A stretch of DNA of 64,000 nucleotides from Macrostomum lignano (lineage: Eukaryota), in the NCBI GenBank assembly GCA_002269645.1, contig NIVC01001224.1, forward strand, positions 16,932-80,931, given 5' to 3'. The stretch's first letter is position 1. Each line of letters starts with the position of its first letter. The notes under the pieces were generated by a model. It saw nothing but the letters and a program-made list of their open reading frames with translations, did no database searches and had not been told where the DNA came from. Position numbers and translations under genes: made by a program. Below, one piece after another: positions 1 to 12,143 of this stretch.

Positions 1-104
1 TTGGTAAGGTTTCTTAATTCACGATTTTGCGTCATGCTACTTAAAGTAAGAGAAACGATTTCTACAAATATTAAATGTCTGCAAACCACAAAACATTTCG
101 CCAG

Positions 105-1707
<1,603 letters not shown>

Positions 1708-2156
1708 CCTCATAGACGCAGTGCTGTTTGAAATCTAAAAAAATTGACCAGGCCTACATTTTACTAAGTAGCATGTTTAGTATATAACACTATTTTTTGT
1801 ACAAAATGAAATCACAGGAGATTCAGTCTGTTTAGACCGTCTGTGCTTCCGTGTCGCGGCCACTTTTATGCCTAGCAGCTTGTTACCGCTCTTTAACATT
1901 TTACATATACAAGCGTATGCAGTTTTATTAGCTGATTTTCAGCGCGACAACCAAATTAATTGCGCAGTACGCAGTAGAGAGCGGTAAATTTTTTACTTGT
2001 GAACATATAATCCGCATCATTTTCTGATAATTATACTAGGTGTAAAAAATATAATTTTACCGATGCCAAACTCACTGTGAAGTGAAGTGCCACTTTTAGC
2101 GGCATACCGTGATGTTTTAAAATTTATGACCGAGGGCCTGGACCAAAGATCGTGCC

Positions 2157-2230
2157 ATTTTGAAGGCCTGTTTCCTGGAAAAAATACACTGCGGAGATAG
2201 GAAAATTACTTTTTTCATCACAAAATCAAT
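2157..2230 (+). mobile_element. Fragment of the fold-back MITE family at 28251-28938
   Basis: tttgaaggc...gaaaaaatacactgcggagatagg...ttttttcatcacaaaat resembles the MITE left arm (ttttgaaggcac...gaaaaatacactacggagatag...ttttttcagcacaaaaat). Confidence 0.6.
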
Positions 2231-2559
2231 TATTTTATTTGATCTATTCTTTAAATTCTTTAGTTAATTTAGCATATACAGCGCATGTTACGAGCTACTA
2301 AAAATGAAAAAATGTTCATAATGTTCTTAACAATCTTCACTGCCCAGATCAAATGCAATCGTTGATTTTATAGCTTAGAAAGAAAGGCCTCCAAAAGTGC
2401 ACGATCATAGTTTGACATTTTATACTACGAGTACAGTGGTCCTTGTTTATGACCTTGCGTGGTTTAGATTACTGGTTTGATTACGCTAAGAACTCGGTAT
2501 GCCTTGCTAGGATATCGTTGGGATATGTTCCTTGGGTGAATTTAGTATTAAATAATGGG

Positions 2560-2782
2560 CTCACGACTGAAAAGTCGGGGGTTCGATTCTCGACCCAACT
2601 CGGAACAATTTGTGTCCTTGAGCAAGACACTTAGCTCTGCATTGCTTCAGTTCACCCAGCTGTAAAATGGGTGCCAGCATTAGCTGTGGTAATTGAGGGT
2701 GGCGACCCCCCCCCTCCCCCGGTCCTTGGACTGAACAGCCGTACGCAGCCTTCAGATGCGCCGCACAATGGCTGCGGCTGAG
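2560..2782 (+). mobile_element. tRNA-derived CORE-like SINE, 5'-truncated copy 1
   Basis: B box ggttcgattc, then gtgtccttgagcaagacacttagc...cccagctgtaaaatggg; near-identical to the copies at 44943 and 62483. Confidence 0.8.
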
Positions 2783-4053
2783 TTTCCATTGAAGCAGATT
2801 AAACCACATCTCCCTATGTATAGTGAAGCTGGCCTCCCATCAGACAGTTACCAGATTTAGGCTAGGAAAAGCTCGAAATTCCCATTTCAACTAAGACTTT
2901 TGAAGCTCTGCTCTTGGAGCACGGGGAATTTCATGGCCTGCAACTCTACAGGTGAGAGACTGGCCAAGCCAGCTCATGCAGTGTTGATCCTGCCTTCGAT
3001 GCTTTCGCTTTTCTCACTGTCTCCCTCTTTGCTCTGCTGTCTCTGTTCTTTGTCGTTCTTCTTTCAATTGCCACACACGTAGTTTTTGCGCGACGAGCCA
3101 GCGCTTCATTGCCTGCGCATAGCAACCCCCCCCCCCCGCCGCTGCCATGCTGTGGAACTCGCAGCCAGTAATACTGGGCAAACACTGATTCTCTTTGTAG
3201 GCGAGACTTCAAGCAAGAATTGTATAAAAATGCTATCTGTACTCTACCGAAACTGCAACACTCCTATAGCTATGAATTGAGTGGAATTCATTTTATGTTA
3301 GTTCATAGCTGCAATTTTAGAATTGGAAATGGTGAGTTACGATAAAATATCTTGCTATTAAATGATTTGGGCATTGCATGTGCTCAATTAGACTCGTTGA
3401 ATTTCAGGTTAAGACCGTGCTCAAATCCGAAATACCCCCTTCTCAATACAGATAAGAGTCAGATAGCAGTGTTGCACATGGACAGCTGTACGATTTTCAA
3501 CTAAATAAGTAACTGAAAAAGAATTGCGTTTTTATCGCATAGAGCTACTGAATCCGCAGAAGAATAACAAATTAGTATTGCCTCGGATTATTTATTAGCT
3601 GATGGGAAGATTATGGAGAGCATAGAGGAGTGGCAGAGGAAGAGAGGTTGGGACAGGGAGAGAGAGAGAGAGGCTACAGCTCCCTGCAGACCAATAGCAG
3701 TTTAGACTTCAAGGCCTTGCACGTGCCTTGACTGTGCACTGTTCTTGTTGTTGGGCGGAGACTATACTCAGCCTGCCAGCACGGAGTGTGCGCTTATTGC
3801 TCATGCGGACACTGAAGTTTCTCAGTGCAGCGACCGAGGTACAGTGCCGGATCAATACCACTGGCTGTACAGTTACTGATGGCGACTGCGAGGGGGGATT
3901 TTTCAGTATTTGCGACAGCTATAGAATAGTATAGCGTTGCTCCTCCTCCCAATGCGGTTAGCGCCGCCAGCCAGCTAACTGAATTGGCGTTTGGGGAAGC
4001 CTTGGAATAGCTACGCTCGTATTTGGTATCAAGTTCATCCATCTCTGTCGGCC

Positions 4054-4141
4054 TATATAAGGACCCGGCATCTAATTAGCTGCTCTAATACTTTTTCATC
4101 TATACTCCCAGTCGCGGCCCTCACACGCAGCTCATACAGGC
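4054..4141 (+). promoter_or_regulatory. TATA box plus probable non-coding first exon of the CAP gene
   Basis: TATATAA at 4054-4060, then an ATG-free segment ending at the canonical donor c|gtaagt (4142). The next acceptor is tgcag at 5610, just before the CAP coding region. Confidence 0.5.
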
Positions 4142-4250
4142 GTAAGTGACCGAAATTTAATTTATTTTGGGTTTGTGTCAAAATATTTGATTGAATTCTA
4201 TTGATTTTTTGGATTTGAGTAGTTGAGTATTTATGAGTGAGGCTCACTGT

Positions 4251-5538
4251 CCCTCGGTTTGAGAACCGCATGTAGAGTTACCTCTCAGTTTGAGTATCGC
4301 ATGAAGAGTTACCTCTCGGTTTGAGTATCGCATGTAGAGTTACCTCTCGGTTTGAGTACCGCATGTAGAGTTACCTCTCGGTTTGAGTATCGCATGAAGA
4401 GTTACCTCTCGGTTTGAGTATCGCATGTAGAGTTACCTCTCGGTTTGAGTACCGCATGTAGAGTTACCTCTCGGTTTGAGTATCGCATGAAGAGTTACCT
4501 CTCGGTTTGAGTATCGCATGTAGAGTTACCTCTCGGTTTGAGTATCGCATGAAGAGTTACCTCTCAGTTTGAGTATCGCATGTAGAGTTACCTCTCGGTT
4601 TGAGTACCGCATGTAGAGTTACCTCTCGGTTTGAGTATCGCATGAAGAGTTACCTCTCGGTTTGAGTATCGCATGTAGAGTTACCTCTCGGTTTGAGTGC
4701 CACATGTAGAGTTACCTCTCGGTTTGAGTATCGCATGAAGAGTTACCTCTCGGTTTGAGTATCGCATGTAGAGTTACCTCTCGGTTTGAGTGCCACATGT
4801 AGAGTTACCTCTCGGTTTGAGTATCGCATGAAGAGTTACCTCTCGGTTTGAGTATCGCATGTAGAGTTACCTCTCGGTTTGAGTGCCACATGTAGAGTTA
4901 CCTCTCGGTTTGAGTATCGCATGTAGAGTTACCTCTCGGTTTGAGTACCGCATGTAGAGTTACCTCTCGGTTTGAGTATCGCATGTAGAGTTACCTCTCG
5001 GTTTGAGTACCGCATGTAGAGTTACCTCTCGGTTTGAGTATCGCATGAAGAGTTACCTCTCGGTTTGAGTATCGCATGAAGAGTTACCTCTCGGTTTGAG
5101 TATCGCATGAAGAGTTACCTCTCGGTTTGAGTATCGCATGTAGAGTTACCTCTCGGTTTGAGTATCGCATGTAGAGTTACCTCTCGGTTTGAGTGCCACA
5201 TGTAGAGTTACCTCTCGGTTTGAGTATCGCATGAAGAGTTACCTCTCGGTTTGAGTATCGCATGTAGAGTTACCTCTCGGTTTGAGTGCCACATGTAGAG
5301 TTACCTCTCGGTTTGAGTATCGCATGTAGAGTTACCTCTCGGTTTGAGTGCCACATGTAGAGTTACCTCTCGGTTTGAGTATCGCATGTAGAGTTACCTC
5401 TCGGTTTGAGTGCCACATGTAGAGTTACCTCTCGGTTTGAGTACCGCATGTAGAGTTACCTCTCGGTTTGAGTGCCACATGTAGAGTTACCTCTCGGTTT
5501 GAGTGCCACATGTAGAGTTACCTGTCGGTTTGAGTATC
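4251..5538. repeat. 31-bp tandem repeat, ~41 copies
   Basis: Unit gcatgtagagttacctctcggtttgagtatc with variants gcatgaagag and gagtgccacatgt. Confidence 0.97.
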
Positions 5539-5622
5539 GTGTGGGCACTTGACAACTGACTTTTATTATCACATCACATCGCCTTCCACCTGGTACTTTC
5601 CAATATGCAGACCAAAGCCAGG

Positions 5623-6364
5623 ATGGAGCAGTTCATCAAGGAGATCCTGGACTCGCACAATGCTTACCGGAAGCGGCACCAGGCGCCGGCTCTGCGACTC
5701 AGCCAGGACCTGACCGAGTCCGCCCAGAGCTGGGCTGAGCATATTGCCGGCAACGACAAGCTCGAGCACGATACCCAGTGCCAGAAGGACAAAATTGGCG
5801 AGAATGTGGCCATGAAGTACAGCTCCGTACACAGCGACTTTCCGGGTTAGTTAACTTGCGCTGATAGCTACTAACAATAGTAGAGTGTGTGCTAGATTCA
5901 TATGACTTTCTATGCGAGCAAATGTTAACATTCTCAGGCAACCTGTTTACCGACTATTGGTACCGAGAAATTGAGGACTACAATTTTGAGGGGAATGTCG
6001 AGGACCAGATTCAGTGCGGTGAGTGCTCGGAGGCTGGGAGGGAGGATCTGGGAGGGCGGCAGCGGCCCACCAACTGAGGATCTGGGAGGCTGGCCCAGCA
6101 ACTGAGGATCTGGGAGGTTGGCGGTGGGATGGTGTCACATTTAATTACAACCGGCTGCTCTCCATTCTTACGACAGGCCACTTCACCCAGGTGGTGTGGA
6201 AAGCCTCAGAGGAGGTCGGCTTTGGCCGGGCCGTGTCCAAATCTGGCCGAGTGTACGTGGTTGGCCGCTACCGGCCGGCCGGAAATTACATGGGCGAGTT
6301 CGGCAAGAACGTCCTGCCGCCGGCTGATGGCAAGATCGTGCTGCCCGAGACGGAACAGGGTTAG
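5623..6364 (+). CDS. CAP/SCP-domain protein, GAPR-1/GLIPR2-like (no signal peptide), ~163 aa
   Basis: Exons 5623-5845, 5938-6018 and 6177-6364 are phase-consistent (492 nt). Motifs: HNAYRKRH, LTESAQSWAEH, LEHD, GENVA, WYREIEDYNF, GHFTQVVWK, VGFG, VVGRYRPAGNYMGEFGKNVLPP. The ATG at 5605 overlaps the acceptor at 5610, so 5623 is preferred. Confidence 0.9.
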
Positions 6365-6431
6365 TGCGGTCAGCCTGTTGGCTGTCAGCAGTGAACCAGC
6401 ATTGTACTTTTAAAATTCAAACTCACCGATG

Positions 6432-7066
6432 TCTCAGCATCCCCTATACTCTCTCAGCATCCCCTATCCCCTCTCAGCATCCCCTATCCCCTCTCAGCAT
6501 CCCCTATCCTCTCTCAGCATCCCCTATCCCCTCTCAGCATCCCCTATCCTCTCTCAGCATCCCCTATCCCCTCTCAGCATCCCCTATCCCCTCTCAGCAT
6601 CCCCTATCCCCTCTCAGCATCCCCTATCCCCTCTCAGCATCCCCTATCCCCTCTTAGCATCCCCTATCCCCTCTCAGCATCCCCTATCCCCTCTCAGCAT
6701 CCCCTATCCCCTCTTAGCATCCCCTATCCCCTCTCAGCATCCCCTATCCCCTCTCAGCATCCCCTATCCCTCTCAGCATCCCCTATCCCCTCTCAGCATC
6801 CCCTATCCCCTCTCAGCATCCCCTATCCCCTCTCAGCATCCCCTATCCCCTCTCAGCATCCCCTATCCCCTCTCAGCATCCCCTATCCCCTCTCAGCATC
6901 CCCTATCCCCTCTCAGCATCCCCTATCCCCTCTCAGCATCCCCTATCCCCTCTCAGCATCCCCTATCCCCTCTCAGCATCCCCTATCCCCTCTCAGCATC
7001 CCCTATCCCCTCTCAGCATCCCCTATCCCCTCTCAGCATCCCCTATCCCCTCTCAGCATCCCCTAC
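6432..7066. repeat. 20-bp tandem repeat, ~31 copies
   Basis: Unit ccctatcccctctcagcatc, 3' of the CAP stop codon. Confidence 0.97.
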
Positions 7067-7462
7067 ACTACACTAAGGAGCGAGGCAACACCTACACTAA
7101 GGAGCGAGAGACAACCAGCACTGTGCAAGATGAATAAAGGCAATTTGGCAACCATACTGATTCAAGAGTATTTGTCATTTAAATTGGCGCCGAAAATTTG
7201 TTAGAAGTTAACCAGCTTATTTGGGCATGGGCGATGCTGACTATTATATTGGATAAAATTTCCTACATAAAATTACTTTACTATAGTATACGAGCTAGAA
7301 ACCGCTTTTACTGCCTTGCTTTTTACCTAGATATTTTTCGTAGCCAAAATATTGATTATGGCTTAGTCTACATTAGTCAATTGGCCTTTCAATAGAGTTA
7401 CGATTTTTACCATAAACTGTTAAAATACGTATAGGATTCATTTAGTGTGTATCTAAGGTGTG

Positions 7463-8093
7463 GTTAGAGTTTAGGTTAGGGTTTAGGTTAGGGTTTATGC
7501 TAGGGTTTATGCTAGGGTTTAGGTTAGGGCTTAGGTTAGGATAAATTTTTAGTTTAGGGTTTAGGTTTAGGTTAGGGTTTAGGTTTAGGTTAGGGTTTAG
7601 GTTTAGGTTAGGGTTTAGGTTTAGGTTAGGGTTTAGGTTTAGGTTAGGGTTTAGGTTTAGGTTAGGGTTTAGGTTTAGGTTAGGGTTTAGGTTTAGGTTA
7701 GGGTTTAGGTTTAGGTTAGGGTTTAGGTTTAGGTTAGGGTTTAGGTTTAGGTTAGGGTTTAGGTTTAGGTTAGGGTTTAGGTTTAGGTTAGGGTTTAGGT
7801 TTAGGTTAGGGTTTAGGTTTAGGTTAGGGTTTAGGTTTAGGTTAGGGTTTAGGTTTAGGTTAGGGTTTAGGTTTAGGTTAGGGTTTAGGTTTAGGTTAGG
7901 GTTTAGGTTTAGGTTAGGGTTTAGGTTTAGGTTAGGGTTTAGGTTTAGGTTAGGGTTTAGGTTTAGGTTAGGGTTTAGGTTTAGGTTAGGGTTTAGGTTT
8001 AGATAAGGGTTTAGGTTTAAATTTATTGTTTAGGTTTAGGTTAGGGTTTAGGTTTAGATAAGGGTTTAGGTTTAGGTTAGGCTTTAGGTTAGG
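7463..8093 (+). repeat. Interstitial telomere-like array with 18-bp unit TTAGGG-TTTAGG-TTTAGG
   Basis: Essentially perfect period of 18 from ~7553 to ~7998, with degenerate TTAGG(G) flanks. Confidence 0.95.
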
Positions 8094-8800
8094 ATTGGGG
8101 TCGGCAGTGTGGCTGACAGTAAATTGCCGCAGACCCATATTTTAATTTTGTGTCTAGTTTAGGTTTTTTCAAATTTGATTTACTTTATTTTATTTTATTC
8201 CAACTGCACGAATTAAATCCCTTATTTATATGTGCTTTATTAGTGGCCTTGCTTTGATGGTGTACCTTTCAGTAATTAAATTTCTATGAGGTGTGAAATC
8301 TACTAATTTTACAACTCTTATTCCCACGCAGATATGGCAACGATTAGGATTTCCGATATTCGCAACGAATCGCTTACCAACTGACTCTGCCAAGTTTTTC
8401 CACCCGTTTATCTCTATTATTGCTCCGATGTAAAAACTGTTTATCACCGACAAACATTTTTTCTTTGCGTTCCAGCTAAATAGAACTGCAAGTAGTCTTT
8501 TGATTGATAGCTAATATTTTAACTCTGCAAGCTCAGCAATTAGTTGCAAAAAATAAATATGACTGTCACAAGTTTATTGCTTAGTGGCTGGCTATCTTAA
8601 AACTGCGAATTATCATGACATGTGAGCAGTTGTGTTATTGATCTTATTGGCCTTAGCACTAGCAATTTAATATACAATAATTAATATGCAATTTATTATA
8701 CACTAATTTCCGGAGCACGAGAGTTTCCTACAGCCGAGTTTCCTGTGAAATATTCCCCAGGAGGGTTTCCCCATATGAGGCTTTCTTCGTAATAGGGTTT

Positions 8801-9165
8801 CTCGGCAGGGAGGGTTTCCCCGCAGGGAGGGTTTCCCCGCAGGGAGGGTTTCCCCGCAGGGAGGGTTTCCCCGCAGGGAGGGTTTCCCTGCAGCAGGGTT
8901 TCCCCGCAGGGAGGTTTCCCCGCAGGGAGGGTTTCTCGGCAGAGAGGGTTTCCCCCAGGGAGTGTCCCCGCAGGGAGGGTTTCTCGGCAGGGAGGGTTTC
9001 TCGGCAGGGAGGGTTTCTCGGCAGGGAGGGTTTCCCCGCAGGGAGGGTTTCTCGGCAGGGAGGGTTTCTCGGCAGGGAGGGTTTCTCGGCAGGGAGGGTT
9101 TCTCGGCAGGGAGGGTTTCTCGGCAGGGAGGGTTTCTCGGCAGGGAGGCTTTCTCGGCAGGGAGG
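8801..9165. repeat. 17-bp tandem repeat, ~21 copies
   Basis: Unit cagggagggtttctcgg / cagggagggtttccccg. Confidence 0.93.
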
Positions 9166-9778
9166 GTTGCACAGGGGTTTCCGCAGGAATATTTTCTTTA
9201 TTTGCCTGCGATTTGGACCAAACACATTGGTTTAAAAGCTTAAACGTTGAAAACAAATTAGTCTCAATGAAATTGAATCTTCAACATCAAGCTTCAAAAC
9301 CTTTGCCCCGTCGCCTTCCTCTCGCTGTCGGCGACCCCTGTCAAACAAATTCAGAAAATTCTCAATTCACCTGAAAAAACCAATTCCTGCAATCTCAGCA
9401 ATTTTACCTGCAGTATTCTCGGGTGAGCCAGCTGAAACTCTGCGTGCAAAGTCAAGCAAACAAAGGCTTGGATTGTCACAATGTAAAATCCAACAGAAAC
9501 TTTCTGACGCCGTGTCCAGAGCGCTATGGAATCGGCAAGCAGAAAAGCGGTGCTCAAGTCAGCTGACCATCGATCCCCGAGCAAACACCGGCAGTAGCCA
9601 TGAGCATCAATTTGCGCACCTGCTGGTTGCCAACAAATTCTGTTGCCAAATGTTTGAACGCCGAGTTGCCAGGTGGTCAAGCAGTCCAGGTGCATAAAAA
9701 GCACCCCTGGCCAGCGACCAGAGTCCATCAAGTCCACTCGATTTCTCACTGCCGGACATCCAGACTCTCTGACTCAAG

Positions 9779-10447
9779 ATGAAGCTGCTGCTGCTGCTCA
9801 CCGCCCTGGTGGCCACCGCCCTGGCCTGCGAGAACCCGCCCAGAGAGGGAGCCATCGGAGTGGCCGGTCTCGGCTACCACAACGGCACCTACCTCAAGCT
9901 GCTGGGAGGCATCGCCGGCTCCAAGGAGAAGAAGAAGGTGGCCGCCTACTTCAAGGTGAAGTCCCAGAACTACTCCGGACACCACTACACCATGTTCGAC
10001 TTCGAGGCCGGCGTCGGCTACTACGCCTGGGGCACCAGCGCCGCCAACGCCCGGTGCGTGAAGATCCCCGTGAGCCACGCCAAGTACTTCCTCACCCTGT
10101 GCCCCAAGATGTGGCCGAACAACCGCGTGGTGGCCCGCTCCACCGTCACCAGCCGCAAGGTGCCCATCAGCGTGCACTGCGGCCGCATGACCAAGGGTGA
10201 CCTCTCCATCAAGCTGGGCGGCGTCATCGATGACCGCTGCGTGCCGATCCTCATCAAGAAGAAGTACAGGAAGAACGGCCAGTGCTCCGGCGGTATTCTC
10301 TTCTTCTTCGGCTTCCACCAGCCCAAGGACAAGTACTTCGAGCTGCCCGAGCTGTGTGCCAGCGCCAAGTTCTACAAGCCGAAGCGCGGAGAGGGCAGAA
10401 AGCCGTGCAGCGAGAAGACCAAGGGCCTGCCGACCCCCGACAGCTAA
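9779..10447 (+). CDS. Secreted ependymin-related protein (EPDR family), intronless, 222 aa, strongly basic
   Basis: Hydrophobic signal peptide MKLLLLLTALVATALA and near-exclusive C/G third codon positions. Ependymin-like motif order: C..P...G; DFEAGVGYY...CVK; CVPI; F.LP..C. TATA-like cataaaaa at 9693 and aataaa near 11080. Confidence 0.7.
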   Translation: MKLLLLLTALVATALACENPPREGAIGVAGLGYHNGTYLKLLGGIAGSKEKKKVAAYFKVKSQNYSGHHYTMFDFEAGVGYYAWGTSAANARCVKIPVSHAKYFLTLCPKMWPNNRVVARSTVTSRKVPISVHCGRMTKGDLSIKLGGVIDDRCVPILIKKKYRKNGQCSGGILFFFGFHQPKDKYFELPELCASAKFYKPKRGEGRKPCSEKTKGLPTPDS

Positions 10448-12070
10448 ACTGCTGGACTGACCTTGGACTGGGGATTTTCCACTGCAGCAATGCTGAGTAC
10501 CGGCGTATGGCTGGTTAACTAGCAGAAATACACGAGACCTGCTGCTGCAGCTGCGAACCGCATTTGCACCATCGTGTTGCCTGAGTTGTCTTTGCCTCAT
10601 TTTGCTCAACTCTGCTGCTCATCATGTGGCAGTGTTTTGGGATTGCTTGAATCTGACAGAGCATAGTCGAAAAGTTTTACTGCCAAAAATTTCTTCTACA
10701 TATCCCTGATGTAAATTTCCGACCGAAAAGTTGATTTCAAAGCAAACTGGATCGCTGTCTCTCTCTTTCGGTCTTCTTCTGCGTATGAAAGGTCTAGCAC
10801 ATGTACTCTTACATGTAGTACAGATAATTCTTTTCGAGCGAAGCGGTGGGGATCATATGTAGGTTTGGCCATAGACACTTTGGCTCTGACTGAATTCAAA
10901 AGGTTCTGTTAAATAGAAAAGGGAGTGTCTTAATTGAATCTCTGCAAGCCTTGCAGGTGCAGCACAGACATGTCACTCAGCAGCAGTCTATGCTGCATTT
11001 TGCTTGCAGAAAATTAATCAAGGCAAACAAACACCCTTACGTCTGAATCAGTGTCTGAATTGGTGTGTCCGCTTGTTTGAATAAAAGGGGAGTTTGTTCA
11101 AAATAGGAGGTAAAAGGTGTACACAAAGGCATCGTAGTGCAGTCTTCAATTGTATTGTCCACGCAAAAACTTGTCAAGGTCTCGACTGTGGCGCATCGAC
11201 AAATGCAGTCAATACAGAATCACGTTGATGGTTGTTTAAACTAATCTCGGATATAAAGCTCTAATTTATGATTACTACCGTAGATACTCTGTTGAGACTG
11301 TTTACAGGTAGATGCGACCATTTGATTAGAACCATAGCTGTGTAGTGTGTTTATAACTTATATAGAATTTACGTGTAATAAAAGTACTTCTAAGCTTAGT
11401 TTATGGCTTTAAATTCCCTAAAAAGTTCTATAACACGACTGTTTCATATTAGTCTATGGGATTCACCCAGTCAATCCATGCAGACGGAAGGACTAACTTG
11501 TTCCTTTCTGTCTGATCTATTTCATTAACACCTGCCGTTTAGTCCAGGAAACATCTACGAGTATAAAGAATATTTAGTATACGTTTTTGCTTCTAATGTG
11601 GTTTTTACTGCGTCCAATTTGGTGCGTCGCAATTAAGTGCTCAGCAGAGTTCATGTTCACCATAGACAAAGAACTGAAATCACCATTTGGTTCATTTCAC
11701 GAAGTTTAAACTCCAAACCAACAGTCATGTATGCATTCACTGTCCTCTCTCTGTCCCTGCACCAGACTATAATTTCAGAACATGGGTCCTCTCTGCTGCG
11801 CTATTCTTTACAGCTATACCTTCCAGCTGTACATATGTAGCTCCAGCTGTAGTTAAAACTAGATTGATTCCGTTGTCTGTGGCTTTTTGTGATTTGTCTA
11901 GATGTACGAGTATTCTAAAATCTCTGTTACGCTGCTACGTCAACGGCCACACACCCATTGAAATGAAAAAAAACCATGTAACTAGCCGAAATAGGTATAT
12001 ATATCTCAACCACCATTACATGTAGACATACGAGCGTATCCTTAGACACGCGGCTCCGGGATTTATAAAC

Positions 12071-12143
12071 AAGAATCGCCTGATACGAGGAGATGAGCCT
12101 CGGAGATTCTTTACGGCTCATCTCCTCGTATTAGGCGATTCTT
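12071..12143. other. 73-nt hairpin: 29-bp stem (one G:T) and 15-nt loop
   Basis: aagaatcgcctgatacgaggagatgagcc (12071-12099) pairs with ggctcatctcctcgtattaggcgattctt (12115-12143). Confidence 0.85.

Noticed and set aside
3728-4042. Short ORFs 3794-4042 (-) and 3728-3934 (+)
   Set aside because: No recognisable family motif or convincing splice partners; the adjacent TATA box is better explained as the plus-strand CAP promoter.
4251-5538. CRISPR-like regular 31-bp repeats (also 42275-42950)
   Set aside because: The units are contiguous with no unique spacers, no cas genes are present and the context is eukaryotic.
6364-7076. Long ORFs in tandem arrays (6429-7076, 8696-9256, 23659-24642, 26049-26876, 38329-38796, 39109-39778, 44064-44566, 48467-48895, 56519-57171, 59538-60770)
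   Set aside because: These are translations of non-coding minisatellites or microsatellites; the periods are often not multiples of 3, and most lie in introns or flanks of identified genes.
9746-10609. Long antisense or off-frame ORFs overlapping GC-rich exons (9746-10609, 25175-25663, 47635-48255, 49976-50491, 59228-59713 and similar)
   Set aside because: Shadow ORFs caused by high GC3 codon usage of the real genes.
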